From: Glaucostegus cemiculus
Lineage: Eukaryota
DNA length: 64,000 bases
Assembly (NCBI GenBank): GCA_976551045.1
Contig: CDPCPM010000022.1
Location: 14,756,001 to 14,820,000, forward strand
Direction: 5' to 3'
A model generated the notes under the pieces. It did not search any database, was not told where the DNA came from, and worked only from the letters and a program-made list of their open reading frames with translations. Positions within the stretch are counted from its first letter, which is position 1; every line of letters begins with the position of its first letter. Positions 38,230-51,500 of this stretch are shown here, one piece after another. The position numbers and the translations under genes were made by a program.

Positions 38230-39150
38230 ATAACACTGGTAGAAAGCTATTCAGCCCATCAATCTACACTAACTCTGCCAAAGCAATCCAGTTAATCTGA
38301 TTCCTTCTTACAGCAACAACTGAATCTGCTTCCATTATCCATTCAGGCAAGAAAAATCACATTTTGATCACTCAAGTCAAAGAGTTTTTCACATTACCCT
38401 GGTTCTCTTGCCAATCATTGTGAACATGTTCTCTGGATTTCAGCCTAAGTCAAAGGAAACAGTTTCTCCTTATTTTCTTTGTCTAGATCTTCGATGATTT
38501 GAACACTTTAATAAAATCACTGTTCACCTTCCATGTTTGGAAAAAGAAACAATCCCATTAACTTCAATCCACCCACGGAACAGAAGCCACTTATCCCAGG
38601 AACATTTTACTGTACCCTCCCTGGGACTTTAATATCCTTCCAATAGTGCAGTGAGCTCTCACTTCCTTTCTATTGTTTGATGACCTCTCATATCCTTCCT
38701 ATACTGTATCAACCACAACAGGACACAACATGCTAGTTGCAGCTAAATAAATGGGATTAGTAATAACCACCTTGTTTTGCATTTGATGCCCCTATTGAGC
38801 CCAATGACTACTTCATATTTTTAAATTGAAGATAGAAACAGAAAATGCCAGAAATAGCATCTGCAGTTTTTATTTGATGTTCACTTTTTTTGAAAAAGGT
38901 TTCTCGATTGACCTGCCACTTTATAGAGTGGTGTACTTATACTCCCAGCCATCTCTGTTCTCTCAACACCTTTAAATTTATATTCTTCATATTGTATTGT
39001 CTTTGCTTGGTCTTCCCACAAAACTGTATCACTTAGCACTTCCCTGTGTTAAATTTTATTTACCATGAGTCTGCCCAGTCCACCACCATTTCTGTATTCT
39101 CTTCACTGTTCATTACATTTTGAAGTTATGTGTCAAATGCAAATTTTGAA
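38230..39150 (-). mobile_element. Very degenerate CR1 fragment
   Basis: Residual similarity to the CR1 copies at 27000-27800 and 59100-59900 (e.g. TGTATCACTT..CACTT, GCAAATTTTGAAAT). Confidence 0.5.
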
Positions 39151-39618
39151 ATTAATGTATCACGACATGATCACATTGCTGGATTAACAGCTGCCAACTC
39201 ATTCCAAAAATTATGTCACCCATAGCAGATTATTATTAAAATCACTTTCTAGTGTTTTGTTAAAAAAGGCAGATACTTGTGGGAAAATTACTTGTGGGTG
39301 ATAATTTTTCCATATTTCTATTAGTATAATGTCCAAATGACTAAAAATTAATTGCTAAAGCAAATGTAGCTGCTAGGGCCCTAACAAGATAAGGATTCCC
39401 CCAAAGACTGTATTTGTCATTAATAATGCTTTCATTTAATTCTGTCACTCAAAATGGCAGGCAAATATCTTTGAGCACTGAATTAAGGCTAAATCTAAGT
39501 ATTAAAAGGGTAGACTCCAGCATGAGTTGTGTTAGGAATGCTAAATTCCAAAAAATTGTATGAACATACAATAAATATTTATTGAGTCAGTGATGCCTGC
39601 CACATATTAATCCTGCTC

Positions 39619-39654
39619 ACAATGTGGATATTTTAGTTAAAATATCCACATTGT
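39619..39654. repeat. Perfect 17-bp inverted repeat, 2-nt spacer
   Basis: ACAATGTGGATATTTTA-gt-TAAAATATCCACATTGT. Confidence 0.95.
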
Positions 39655-41613
39655 TAGTCTACTCATTAAGTACACTTGAAAAATGAAGATAATTTTTGAA
39701 AATCCATCTGAAAGTTTCAACAAAAACAGTAAAGTGCAGATGACAACTTAACTTTCTGTGGCATTTCTATCAAAATTGCAATGAGTGATCGCAAGAGTCC
39801 CCACAGAAAATCATTCCAAAAAGATTGCACGTATTGACTGGGTCCCACAATTCTTAAGCTGCATTTCAGTTTTTACTGACTACTCTACCCCAAGTTTAGG
39901 ACTATCAATAAATCTGATTTCTGATATTAATAAACTTATTTGCAGTCCTGATTCACATAACAGGTTTAGATTTGGATTAGCTTAGTCCTAATACCAGTAA
40001 CTGGGATACTCCATGATATTTCTTACATGCTGTAAATCACTTGAATTTAACAAATTTAACAAGAATACAATTGCCTTGGGTTTGTGCCATGATTTTTCAT
40101 CTCAAACACTTTCACCAAAGATGTTTGATAAATCCACATAGATAACATGACAGTTTAACAAGTTCATTCATTGTTCCATTTTCTCAGCAGTCCTTGCTGT
40201 TTCTGACCAGAAAGTAGTCCACATTTACTAGTATACATCCGAACATAAACAGTTTGTTTTATTTCCAACTGCTAATAACCATTACGTTGTTCCTGAGGTA
40301 TGGCTAATTGGATTATGATTAGGCAGGTTGTCTCATCATCTTAGAGATACACTGAGGTGCACTGTGTTTATGAACTTGAATTTTGCATTGAGATTCAGTA
40401 CACCCAGACAATAGTATGCAAGTACAACAGAAATTGTGAACAGTGCCCTCTGCAGCTAAATATAACAAGTCACCGCTAGATTAATTTTTGACTACAATAC
40501 TTGCTTAACCCTTTCAACATTGGGTCTTACAATTTCCAAAATATACCTACAGTTTAATTTCAGTAGAAACTTTAAAAGCTGCAATGGAGAATATTAAATA
40601 TTACATAGTTGGTATGTTTTACAATATACCCTGATTAAAATTATAAACCTTCAGTAATTTTTCTATCTGTAATGGCAACCAATAACTCAAAAGCATGGCA
40701 GCATTTAGATAACTCATTGTTCTCACAAGATGGAGAATCCATTTCAGCCTTCTGCAAATTAAGCTCTTAGGACACCGATTATGATTATTCATTGACATTT
40801 TTCATCTTCATTCTGTCTCCAGAGAAACTCTGCCTTCCACTTTCCTCCTAACTAAATACAAACAATATTCACTAGACCAGAGAGATAAGCTTTGATTCAC
40901 AATCACTTGAATGAAGTTCATTTCAGAGAGTTACAATTAAAATAATCATCTTATTTGTGCTAGTCACCTAATAAAATAACACAATGAATATTGACCTACT
41001 GGGTATATGGGCAGTGATCATTTATCACTTTGATCATATTACTTTATGATTTAAGATTTATTATGCTGTAGTATTTAGTTACTCAAACTTCTGCTTCACA
41101 ATTAAAGGTCTGTACACGATCAGCCTGCTACAGTTTGAGTGATTTCACTCTTCAATTTTCTGCTAAGTGCTACAACATAGCCAAAAGTGCATCTCCCTCA
41201 GGTGGATAGGATTAGCTACAGTTATAGAGAACCAAGTTATCACTCTATGCCCAGAAAGCAAATGTTGAATGGTTATGAAACCTACAAAGGAAAACATTTT
41301 CAACTCATAAATAAACATGTTCATTTATTCAGAATCTAGGCAAACTCAGCATGAGAGAGTTCCTGGAATCCCTTATTTCCCCATTGCAGTCCTGCAGATT
41401 TCCTCTGCACCCTCTGGCGCTGATGGAAATCTTGTCATTGTCTGGTGGCAAGCTGGCTCCATCTGCAGTCCTTGAACAATGACATGCCCAGAATCCCTCA
41501 CCAAACCACTCAGCAAAACAAGGGTCTTCACTAATTGTTTAACTGAAAACTGCTGTCACAAGCCTGAAGTGTCCCCTACTCACTGGGATCTTTAATAATT
41601 CTATATTCATATA

Positions 41614-41865
41614 GGAGCAGCACGATAGCGTAGCAGTTAGCGCGATGCTGTTACAGTGCCAGCGATCAGGGTTCGATTCCCATCGCTGACTGTAAGGAGT
41701 TTGTACGTTCTCCCGTGTCTGCGTGGGTTTCCTCTGGGTGCTCCGGTTTCTTCCTACATTTTGAAAGACTTAGGGGTAGGTTAATTTGGGGGTTTAAAAT
41801 GGGTGGGGCAGACTTGTTGGGCCGAAAGGGCCTGTTACCACGCTGTAAATAATTTTTTTTTAAAG
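41614..41865 (+). mobile_element. Young tRNA-derived V-SINE (HE1-like) with CR1-type tail
   Basis: A-box TAGCGTAGCAGTTAG, B-box GGGTTCGATTCCC, V-domain GTACGTTCTCCCGTGTCTGCGTGGGTTTCCTC..GGTGCTCCGGTTTC, tail GGGCCGAAAGGGCCTGTT. Confidence 0.88.
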
Positions 41866-44800
41866 TATGGCATTCTCAAGAAGGTGAAAAACAGAAATTT
41901 CCAGTTTTCCTGATCTTCTGCTTTGACTATTGGAAGAACAGTCACAATTCTTTAAAAAAAAACAGGCTGGCAAAAAATCACTCTGATAATTTTTAAGGGA
42001 GGAAAGTCATGACGAGAAGCTGGGCAAATATTGTCATGTTGCCAAATTCAAGATAGGTCAATATTTCAATCCAAAAATCGCAACATCTAGCTAAAGACAT
42101 AAGTATCATTTTAAACTGACATTTGGAGACAACAGCTTTCAATCTCCATGACAAACAAACTTAATCCAATCCCTCCAGTGAATTTAAATTAACCCCTTAA
42201 ATTTTCTAAGGCCACAGTCAGGGATCTCCTTTAAAAGGCCACTGTGCCAATCAAATTACATGCAAATCTGCTTCTGTACACAAGGAACAGGCATTATCAT
42301 CAGGTATGATGAAATACAGTTGTTCTTTAATGAAAAACATGATGAATCAATATACAAAATATGCTATGTTAAAAAAGTCATAATTCACTGCTATTACATC
42401 ATGAATTTATCAGCAATATCTGCAATGTGTATTTATAGACAAACAAATTGAAATTTCACTGTGCCAACAGGAAGTTTAAATTCAATTGAATAATTCTAGA
42501 ATAAAAAGAGTCTCAGTATTGGTGACAAGAACTACTAGATGGATTGTCATAAAAACTCATCTGGTCATCAAACCTACCTGCATTATTCAGTATAACTTAA
42601 ATGTAACTCCAGGTCTAAAGCAAATCTAATATTAAACATGTGGATTGTCAATTCATTATTTCAAAATTATATTTCTTGTAAAATCTACTTTTAATATTTT
42701 ATTTTCAAAGCTTTATATTTTTGCTTTCATCTTAATTTAAGTACTTTTTTTGGCCATTGTAAATTGTTCAAAAATTTAATTAAAAATTTTACCTGTGGGA
42801 ATTTTCAGTGTGATTGATGGTTCAGCCAATCTGATGTCATTCCTATTTTTGAATACCAAAGATTCCTCTAGAGACTATGCCCAAGAGAAACTGACATGAG
42901 GAAGGCATAAATCCACACCAATGGGGTTGTTGTAACTTTGGGACAGCTTTCACTGGCAAACTCTGTTACTTCACTTAAGGCCTTAAGAATTCAGGAGCAT
43001 AAAACTTGTTCAAGCTGCTGCCTGAGTCTGTGCTAATTTACACCGAAGGTACATTTGTGTACCTGTGGCACATTTCCTGACAAAATGGAACATAAACAAA
43101 ATAGAACTTTTTGTCTAAGATGGTGAACATCTCACAAATTGTGCATATTTTACAAATGAAATCACCACAGTTCACGTAAAAAAAATTCTATAAGCCTGAA
43201 ATGAGCATTGTAGGATTAATTTATCTGGATCAGTAAACTTCAGTTGTTACACCAATCATTGGGAAATGACCTTTTGAATGGAAATGCATTTCAAAATTTT
43301 CATTTCCTATCAGTGCAAAAACTATTTTCACTTATGTTATGCATATATGAAACATTTCAAAATGTATTGTTAAATTAATCTAATTAATCAATGTCAAGTA
43401 AATTTCAGCATAATCAACCTATGAATTCATTAAAACAGCTTTTGCTCTGGCAATAAGGTTTGGTAAGAGCAACATTTCTGCCACAACCAGGAAGACAGGA
43501 TCCACCTTGTGAATGAAGCAAAATCTGTATTACAGTAATTCTTGAATTTAACAAAAAACTTTTTCTAATTCAACAGGGCCTTGGAATTGAACATCTTGAA
43601 TTACAAATTAAAATGAATCACTCTGAGTACCTTATTGCAATTTGTCACAAATACCACATTTCCATACCTACATTGCCATTACTCAGCAAGCTCCAGGATA
43701 GCACTACCTAAAAATTCATTCCCAGTTGCAAATGTGCTAAGTAGCAGTGTCTGCATATTGTGCTCTGCCTTTGAATGCATTTTGGAAGTAGATCACAACA
43801 CACTGACACTACTGTTGCCAACTGCCAAAGAAAACCATCTATTCACCAAAACCCAACAAGAATATAGGTAAATTAACTGGTGGCAAAACAGTTCTTTACA
43901 TGACATTAAATATCATGTGAGCCAATGTGGCAGATACCTTGGAATTTATCCTTCTTTGGTATTTTCATGTTGTGTAATAGTTCCAGGTTGTACTTTAAGG
44001 TTAGCACATCATCAACTGGATATCTTTTTCTACATATGAACATATTCTCAATTGGCCAGCGTTAAACACTTCCAATGAGAGAAGAGAAACAAACTGTTGC
44101 TGCTGAAGTTCCATGCATCCAAAGAGTGGATCTGAGGTGGCCCAACAAGATGATGGGATTTCCCAAATAAACTCTACAGCTCATCATGCCTCTCCTGGCA
44201 TCTGTCAGTAATGATTCTAATCATCTCAGCACTATTACTTACAATTGACTGACTTCATCAAAGGAAGGAGCAGATCAAGAAAGATATTTGGAGTCTCTGA
44301 AGTTTAGTGGTTTCCAAGGTGACATATTCAACAATGAAAGACCACAATTATTATTGGTTAGAAATAGATATTCTGAGTAAATGATAGAAAATAGGACAAG
44401 TAATCGAGAACCTGATCTGGACTACCCTTCTGATGATTGGTTACCTTTCCTGGCTCAAAGATTTGGAGGATGAATTATTTAATTCTTTCTAAATCCATTA
44501 CTTTGCAAGCCCTAATGCTGAAGATGGTCCCAGCAGGGCAAGCAGCATAACATGTTATTTATAGCACAGAGATAGGTCTACCAATAGGTATTATTGATAT
44601 TCTATTTTGGAAAACTGCATTGTTTTAGTTAGTTAATGCAGTGATATCTGAGAGTCTTTATACCACACCCTTTGCCAGTCTACATGTCAATTCTTTGAAC
44701 TTGGGCAAGTTTACACATGATATAGAAAGAGTACACTTCATTTCATGCAAACAGAACTCACTGGATTTTCTAAAGAAATTGCTGGTGGACCCAGCTAATG

Positions 44801-44881
44801 AAAGTTATATGGTGATCTGCTTCATCACCAGCAATGCTCAATGTTCAAAAATACAAATAAATTATTTTGGAAACTACTTAC

Positions 44882-45445
44882 GGATGTGAAGTTTGCTTTT
44901 GTCTGGGTCTGGTTTTGATTCTGTGCTTCTTGCTCTTGGAACTGTAAACCTGCAAGGTGTTTTTCAAGGGCCTCCCAGTCCATGGTTGGGATCTGAGGTT
45001 CTTCTGTTACAAAAGTCCCTGAAGTGGCCACAACACCACTTGTTATTCGCAATGCCTTTTGCAGCTTTGGAAGAGTCTCATTTCCTTTGCCACGTACTTT
45101 AGTTGGTGCTACATTGCCATTTTGCTTAATTTCACCTGGAGTAACATCAGAAGGAACTGGAGGGATGACTTTTACATCTTGAAACTCCTCTGCTAAACTC
45201 CTGCTGGCAGTTTTAACAAAGCCATTGTTCTCTGAGTAGTCACCATACTCATTTTCCCACTCTTCTATCACCTTCTTTTTGTATTCTTGATAATCCTCAT
45301 CTGCTTCATAGTCCCCCAAAGCGGCAAGATCCAGGCTGGGTGAGGATTTGCACTCAGAACATGGTGTCACTTTGTTGGAGCTTGATTCGGAACTTGTTCG
45401 ACTACATGAGTCACTTCCCAAATCCATACCATCTTCCCTGTAATC
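44882..45445 (-). CDS. SCHIP1: Schwannomin-interacting protein 1, large internal exon (188 codons, phase 0/0)
   Basis: DYREDGMDLGSD, KVTPCSECKSS, KKKVIEEW and MDWEALEKHLAGLQFQEQE match vertebrate SCHIP1; acceptor ttttttcctcAG|GAT (AG at 45447-45446); donor TCC|GTAAGT (44881-44876). Confidence 0.93.
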
Positions 45446-47665
45446 CTGAGGAAAAAATACAGAACAATTCAATGGAACATTATTTTTGATTAGCTTTCCA
45501 TAATGTTAAATTGTTCACTTCGACTGGAAAACACTTTGGGATGGATAGCAGAACAGCTTTGCTTCCCCACTCTAGAGCAGACATTTCTGAGTCAACGAGA
45601 AGTGAATTCCTCAAACTGAAACATTTTGTAACTGTTTACTGGGGTCTCTATGTTGTTGCCCATCCCCAAATCACTGTTGCAGCAAATTGCAGAGCTCCTG
45701 TACAAACATCACCCCTAAATGTAATAAATTACAGATACCATAAACACCAGTATCAAAAGCTTTTGGGTGTAAAATATCATGCTTATATTTCAAAGCAGAA
45801 TACAAAGAGTTTATTTTGAATAGTTCACTATTACTTCAACATTTTTCATTCACATCAGCTCCATTGATATTTATGTCACGGCTTTATGAAGAAAAACATT
45901 TAATTTTGTGAACAGTATGTTTTATCCAGATGTTTGCTTAATCTCTTTACATCTCTGCAAATGATATAAGCTTAAACAGTCTCAAGTTTTAAACAAGTAA
46001 CATGCATTTATTTTGCAAGTATCATTCAAAGACCCCTTGTTCCATATTGAGGTACTTTATTTGTTCGGATGGGACATTTGCAACTTTGTTTGCTAATGTG
46101 TTTGTTTTACTAATGAAACCTCAGGAGCAATGATGTGCCAAAAAGGAAAACAATCTTTTAGTTTATCCCCAATCACTCCTGTTCAACATCATCATGCACT
46201 TGCACTCAGAGGCTGTATTGCTGCCAAGAAACCAATGCTGAACAACAGATTTGTCTTTAGCCCCAAAAAGGAGCCTTCATTGGAGGATCTTTCCACACTG
46301 AATTAATCCAGAAGTATATTTGTTTTTTGGAAGGAAACCCAATCATCACAATGTTCAGTTTACAACATGGAAAAAGCTCCAGATGACTTTTGATGAAAGC
46401 ATTTGCAAACCCAATAATGAATTAAATACTACACTGATTTAAAAGAAATCTAAGAAACAATAGTAAATTCATTCTAGACCATCTAGATCAATTAAGAATT
46501 ACCTATCTAATGACCACTATGTAGGGCAACGGTAGCATCTGTATGAGGAAACTAATTCCACCCTCCCCCTGCCATCCCCCACTCCCCACAAGTTCTCCTC
46601 CAAGTGACGAGCCATATTAACTTGGACATGTGTCACTTTGCTCACCTGGCCACTGAAGCAAAGGCCTAGAACTCCCTATTGCATTGTATCCTCAACCCAT
46701 TTTAAATGTTTAAATTGACAGTTCAGTATCCTCATTGCAAAGGACTACTCAGGGGGAAGCTATAAATGCTGAATGTGATAGACACACAAATCTCTTGAAG
46801 ATTATTTCATTTTTAAAATTTCAATAAACTCTCTCCAACTGGTTCATCATAATACATGCTGAACCAGAATTATCAATGATTACTGGGTGATGCACCAAAT
46901 TAGACAATGGGCTTTGATCAATGCAACTTCAATTAAAATCCAGACCAGTCTGCTGAGATGGAAGTCTCTTTTTTTCCTACTGGCTGGAAATACTCAATGT
47001 AAAAATAAATGTATCTATTCTCTATTTAATTTTTATTCAGCTTTGGCTGTAATTTGACTTTGGCAGCAATCCTACTCAGAGGTCATGAAATAGAAATATT
47101 CAACTTAAGGATATCATTTCATTCATTAGTCAAAGCCTGAACTAACTCTTGGAGAACAATTTCAATGCAGAATCAAACCTATTTAAATGTGTCCAGTGAA
47201 TCCCTTGAGTTCATGGGAGTTCAGTTAAATACTTCAGTCTAGACATCCTCAGCACACCATCAAAACACTGAAATGCGTGAGAAAATTTTGAATTACAGTC
47301 CAGTATGATAAACTAGTTGAATGGCAGCCATCAATCCTAGAATGGATTCCTCCTCTTCTTCGGTTGCTCCCCCCTCCCTAGGATTGAAGACTGCAGTATA
47401 AATGCAACTTGAAGGAAGTGCATAACTGATTTGCCAAAATTGATTGAAAGCTTTTGTTGGAAATTTTTACATTCAGCTGTCTGCTACCAACACCATTTCT
47501 ACTTGCTAAAATTTTTAGAATGAAATTAATTTGTTATATGCCCTGCAAAGTTAGGCATTCTTGAGTAAATAAAAACACAAATAAAGAACACCATCAAAAC
47601 ATTTTGTCCACCCCTGTTTCAAATGAGTTTCAGCCACAAGCTCTATGATTATAAAGATCAAAGTG

Positions 47666-47683
47666 CCACAGCAATTGCTGTGG
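47666..47683. repeat. Perfect 18-bp palindrome
   Basis: CCACAGCAATTGCTGTGG. Confidence 0.9.
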
Positions 47684-48499
47684 TTAATGCTTCACAAATG
47701 TGTTATAAACTACTACACAAAATAGCACATGTGGAACTTAGAGACTTGAAATTTATTGCTGGAGAACTGCCCAGAATATGTAATAGCCATTAAAATGTAA
47801 TGAAGCTGATTGACCTGTTTGCACTTCTGACTTTTTCTGGATTTGAACAGAGATAGATTTCATACGTCACAAATACAACCAGGAAATAATGGGAGATTTG
47901 CTCAGTATGTTTGCACATCTTATGATGGATCTTTAATTGGGCCAAACAGTTCCCTGCTGAGACTAAAACTGTAGTGTTCAGCCAATCAGAACACCATGGT
48001 GTCAAACATTGACAGAGAAATAATTTGTTGGACTCTCCCACTGGTAGCAACATATAGTTGTATCATAAGTGGTTGTATATTTTATTTCTGCCTGAATGCA
48101 TCAAAACACATGAATTATTGGAATAAAACACAAAATATAAGAAGCCCAATAGATCATTGCTTGTTTTTGCTATTTTTTAAACAAATTGCTGTTGAAAATA
48201 TGCGTTTCCTCGTATGTCACTGCATTGTTCGCTGCACATTCACAGATGAATGCAATGTACAATGTTGAAATAAAGCACTGCACAATTTGCTTAATTGTTT
48301 AGTGAACAATAATTGCATATCACATTTTGCAAATTCCAGTTAAGCAGACAATAATTTAATTTTCATTGCCAGACACATTTCATAATAGATTCACAAATTA
48401 AAAAATCTGTTAACAAGAATTAAACCATCCTTTTAATGAGGAGAAGTGCAAACAGCCTTCACAGCCTATGCCAGAGAAATGCGAAACAAAGCATTTGCC

Positions 48500-51400
48500 C
48501 ACGCTGGTAAACCCTCTTACAACAGTGACAACAGACACTATTTTAAGATTTTTGCAAAAGCAGGTACAATTTATTTTTCTGAACAAACCAACGTCTTTTG
48601 CGCTTTCTGGACCCAAATCGCAATGTGTGAAGCACTCTATTTGTTCTGAACTGCAGAAGTCCGCAACTAACAAGATAGTTCGAGGTTTGGTTGGGGGCCC
48701 CTGCCCCTGGGTTTATAATCTCGGGCTTTCCTTACAGAATGCGCATCGGCGGCATAGAGCCAGAACTGCCAACGGGAAAACACAGCCCTCGACACACATG
48801 AACTCCAGGAAGTTGGTGTTCTCGATTATTTATCTTCCTGGCTGTTTTAAACTGTTAACTCAACAGCTTTATTTTGTACAAAAAGGACGAGGAGGGAGAG
48901 TTCCAGCATCTAACCCCGGGAAACGAGCCGCTGCGGTGGCCCTGAATCAGCTCCTCCACTCCACAGGAGCCCGCCGTGTGGCGGCCGTTCCGGCTCCAGC
49001 AACACGGCAGTAAGAAAACCCATCTCACCTCCCGAAACTCTCAACAAAAAGGGAAACTTCACTGAGCTGGAGCCGCTGACCGCGGGAATCAACCCGTTCC
49101 TCGTGTTAGCAGCAAGCGGCCGGGGATTAAGAAGAAAGCGGAGCGGAACTGCTTTAATCTCAGTGCCACCAGCCTCTTAAAAGGGAAATGACCCTGTTTC
49201 TCCTTGCTGAACAGAGTCGCGCATTTTTCCCCTAACAAAAAATCTATAGACATTGATAGCTTTTACTAAAAACTTTAATGTATAAATTATAGGGCAAATT
49301 TATTCCTGTTGAAATGCACTGTGTCGCCAATGGTGTGTGTATGTGAGAGAGAGAGAAAGAGACCCTCCTCCAGCTGATCATACCGCAATAAAGCTCAAAA
49401 TACCCGAAGCCTACCTGAAAATATGAACGACACTTTACTAGAATCAGACATGAACAAGGATGACAAGTGGTTTTTTTTAGAAAGTAAATTCACTGTTTCC
49501 CTTTTAACGCAACATTTTGACGTCAGCCGACAAATATGTGGGTTTTAAAATGAGTTGTGGCAGGTGGGGCCGGGCTGTGGCCGGGTTCATTGCCCGGCGC
49601 TGACTCACAGCCCGCTGTCCAGCCCTACCCAGAGCCGATGATGAGACAGTGGCAGACTTTGACCGGGCGGTGGGTAGTCGGCAGCAGAGGGCAAGTGCAG
49701 CGCAAAGCTGCTCAGGGTGCAGAGGTGTTTCAGATCATTACTGCAATAGTTAAATACAATAGGATATTTTCACTAAAGTTATCGCCATTTTACGTGTTAT
49801 TTTATCCTGGATATTAACTACAGGATGCAATTGTAAACATACACCATCCCATCTCAATGCAATTTGCTCCCAATTCAAAAGCCTTTGCCGGTACATTACT
49901 GCGCAATGGATGTGTAGAAATTGATAAGGTACTGGCCGGACGTGTTAATCTTTTCCTATAATTTGAAATCGAGCATTGAATGGAAATAGAACTTGCGGAG
50001 ATTCCCTCCACTGTAATCGCAATACAAACGCAATTAACGGTGCAAAACAGAAAGTATCCCCACAATCGCAGCTGCCTCCTCCTAACTGACAGTACTTACA
50101 GTCATTTTTTGGACCAAAATTTCCCATCAAGTCATTGTCCAGCAGCGGTCACAATTTTCTTAGGCGGTTGTCCATACAAATATTCCTTCCCGTTCGTGCA
50201 CAACCTGCCCCTCCAGAAACTGAGTTCAAAAATAGACTTAATTCACTTAGCACGAAACGGCCAGCTCAAGTCTTGTGGCAGCGGCGAAGTAAGAGCAGCG
50301 AATACACTTCCAGTGATGAATGTCACTGAGACCTCCGCTGAATAGTCTGCGCGCTGTGATGGTGCAGTATCGGCTGTATCCTCCCAAACTGAACCAAGGA
50401 GCTTCCCCCCTCTCTCTCGTCGCCCAGCTTTTTTTCAAGCATCGACCTTGTATGAAAACGCCTGTCTCATCTGAATAATTCATGAAAGTTGTTTTGAGTG
50501 CTTCTCGTTTCCGCGCGCGTTTTAAATCATTCATTACATGTTCATGTTGGTCTTTTACTTATTTTTTTAAGAAGAGTATTACCCGTCATGCGAGTAAACC
50601 TCCATATTTACACTGGAGCAGACGGTGTAAAACCAGCGAAACACCTACCGCCCGTGCACACCTGGATTTACGAGTTTAAGTTGGATGGAAAACGATCACA
50701 TTTGAAGAAGCTTTTAAAAGCTCGCTGATCCGCAATTGCTTGCCAGCATTGCGTATCTGTCAGAGATTGCGTTTTGATTCTAGTGCCAGTTTAAAAGTGC
50801 AATTTCATCCAGGCGCATTCCAAGTCCGAGAATGTGAGAAGAGAATGGAAGATTTTCTGATTTTATTTCAGATCTTTTGAGTTGCAGCCCCGCATGTTTG
50901 TGAAATAAACCTCGGGTTTGCTGCATTGCAAACCCGGAATCCGCGGTCCTTGCTGCTGTAATGTCAGAGGCGCGGAGCGACGAACAGTGCAGCCTCTGGT
51001 GGGGCTCTGGTGGAGGCAGCGTCACAGCCTCAGCCAGCCCCGCCCCGGCAGGAAGAATTAAATAGTTTCCATGACAACTGAATCCCAAGACTGCAACTCC
51101 GTTTTCCATCAGCTTCATTTTCTGTCATCCCCTCGGGTCCTTATAGTTTATTCTTTTACAAAGGCGACACGTATTAATTCAAAATCAGATGAAAAGTAGC
51201 ATGTCAACGGGAGGCTAATGTACCTTAAAATCCAACTGTTTGTTTATGAATATGTGTAATACAAACTCTGTTAAAACTCTGAAATATTTTTCTATTAGCC
51301 CGGTGAAATTCGGTCAGTGATAACACCCCTGGATCATGCTAGTTAATCTCTGCTCTAATTTTCACGTCTCATTTACGGTCACAATTTAATCCCCCGCCTC

Positions 51401-51500
51401 CTTGATTCATACCGTTGACTGATCCGTCTGCACTGGAAATATCACAGCAGACATTTCAGGAAATGAAGCAGCGACGAGAGAGAGGATTGTTTTATTTTAA
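48500..51500. promoter_or_regulatory. CpG-rich, transposon-free promoter/enhancer-like region 3-6 kb upstream of the SCHIP1 exon
   Basis: Visible CpG enrichment vs flanks; CRE TGACGTCA 49518-49525, AP-1 TGACTCA 49601-49607, GC-box-like CCCCGCCCC near 51037-51045, X-box GTTTCCATGACAAC 51065-51078. Confidence 0.65.
49333..49362. repeat. Short (GT)n/(GA)n microsatellite
   Basis: GTGTGTGTATGTGAGAGAGAGAGAAAGAGA. Confidence 0.8.

Noticed and set aside
41614-41690. Possible tRNA gene
   Set aside because: A and B boxes are present but continue into a V-SINE body; no acceptor stem or terminator.
1-44881. Further SCHIP1 coding exons (AQKNERESIRQKL... or the short MVHQ-type first exon)
   Set aside because: Searched by eye and in the ORF track without a match; probably outside the window, though a very short exon could be missed.
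44825-45472. 215-aa ORF as a standalone gene
   Set aside because: Its ends are intronic read-through; splice sites bound the homologous part at 44882-45445.
48468-49013. 181-aa plus-strand ORF in the CpG-rich region
   Set aside because: No recognisable homology or motif; consistent with chance in GC-richer DNA.
50102-50329. Plus-strand open frame after a possible acceptor (SFFGPKFPIKSLSSSGHNF...)
   Set aside because: Weak pyrimidine tract, no partner exon and no recognisable protein family.
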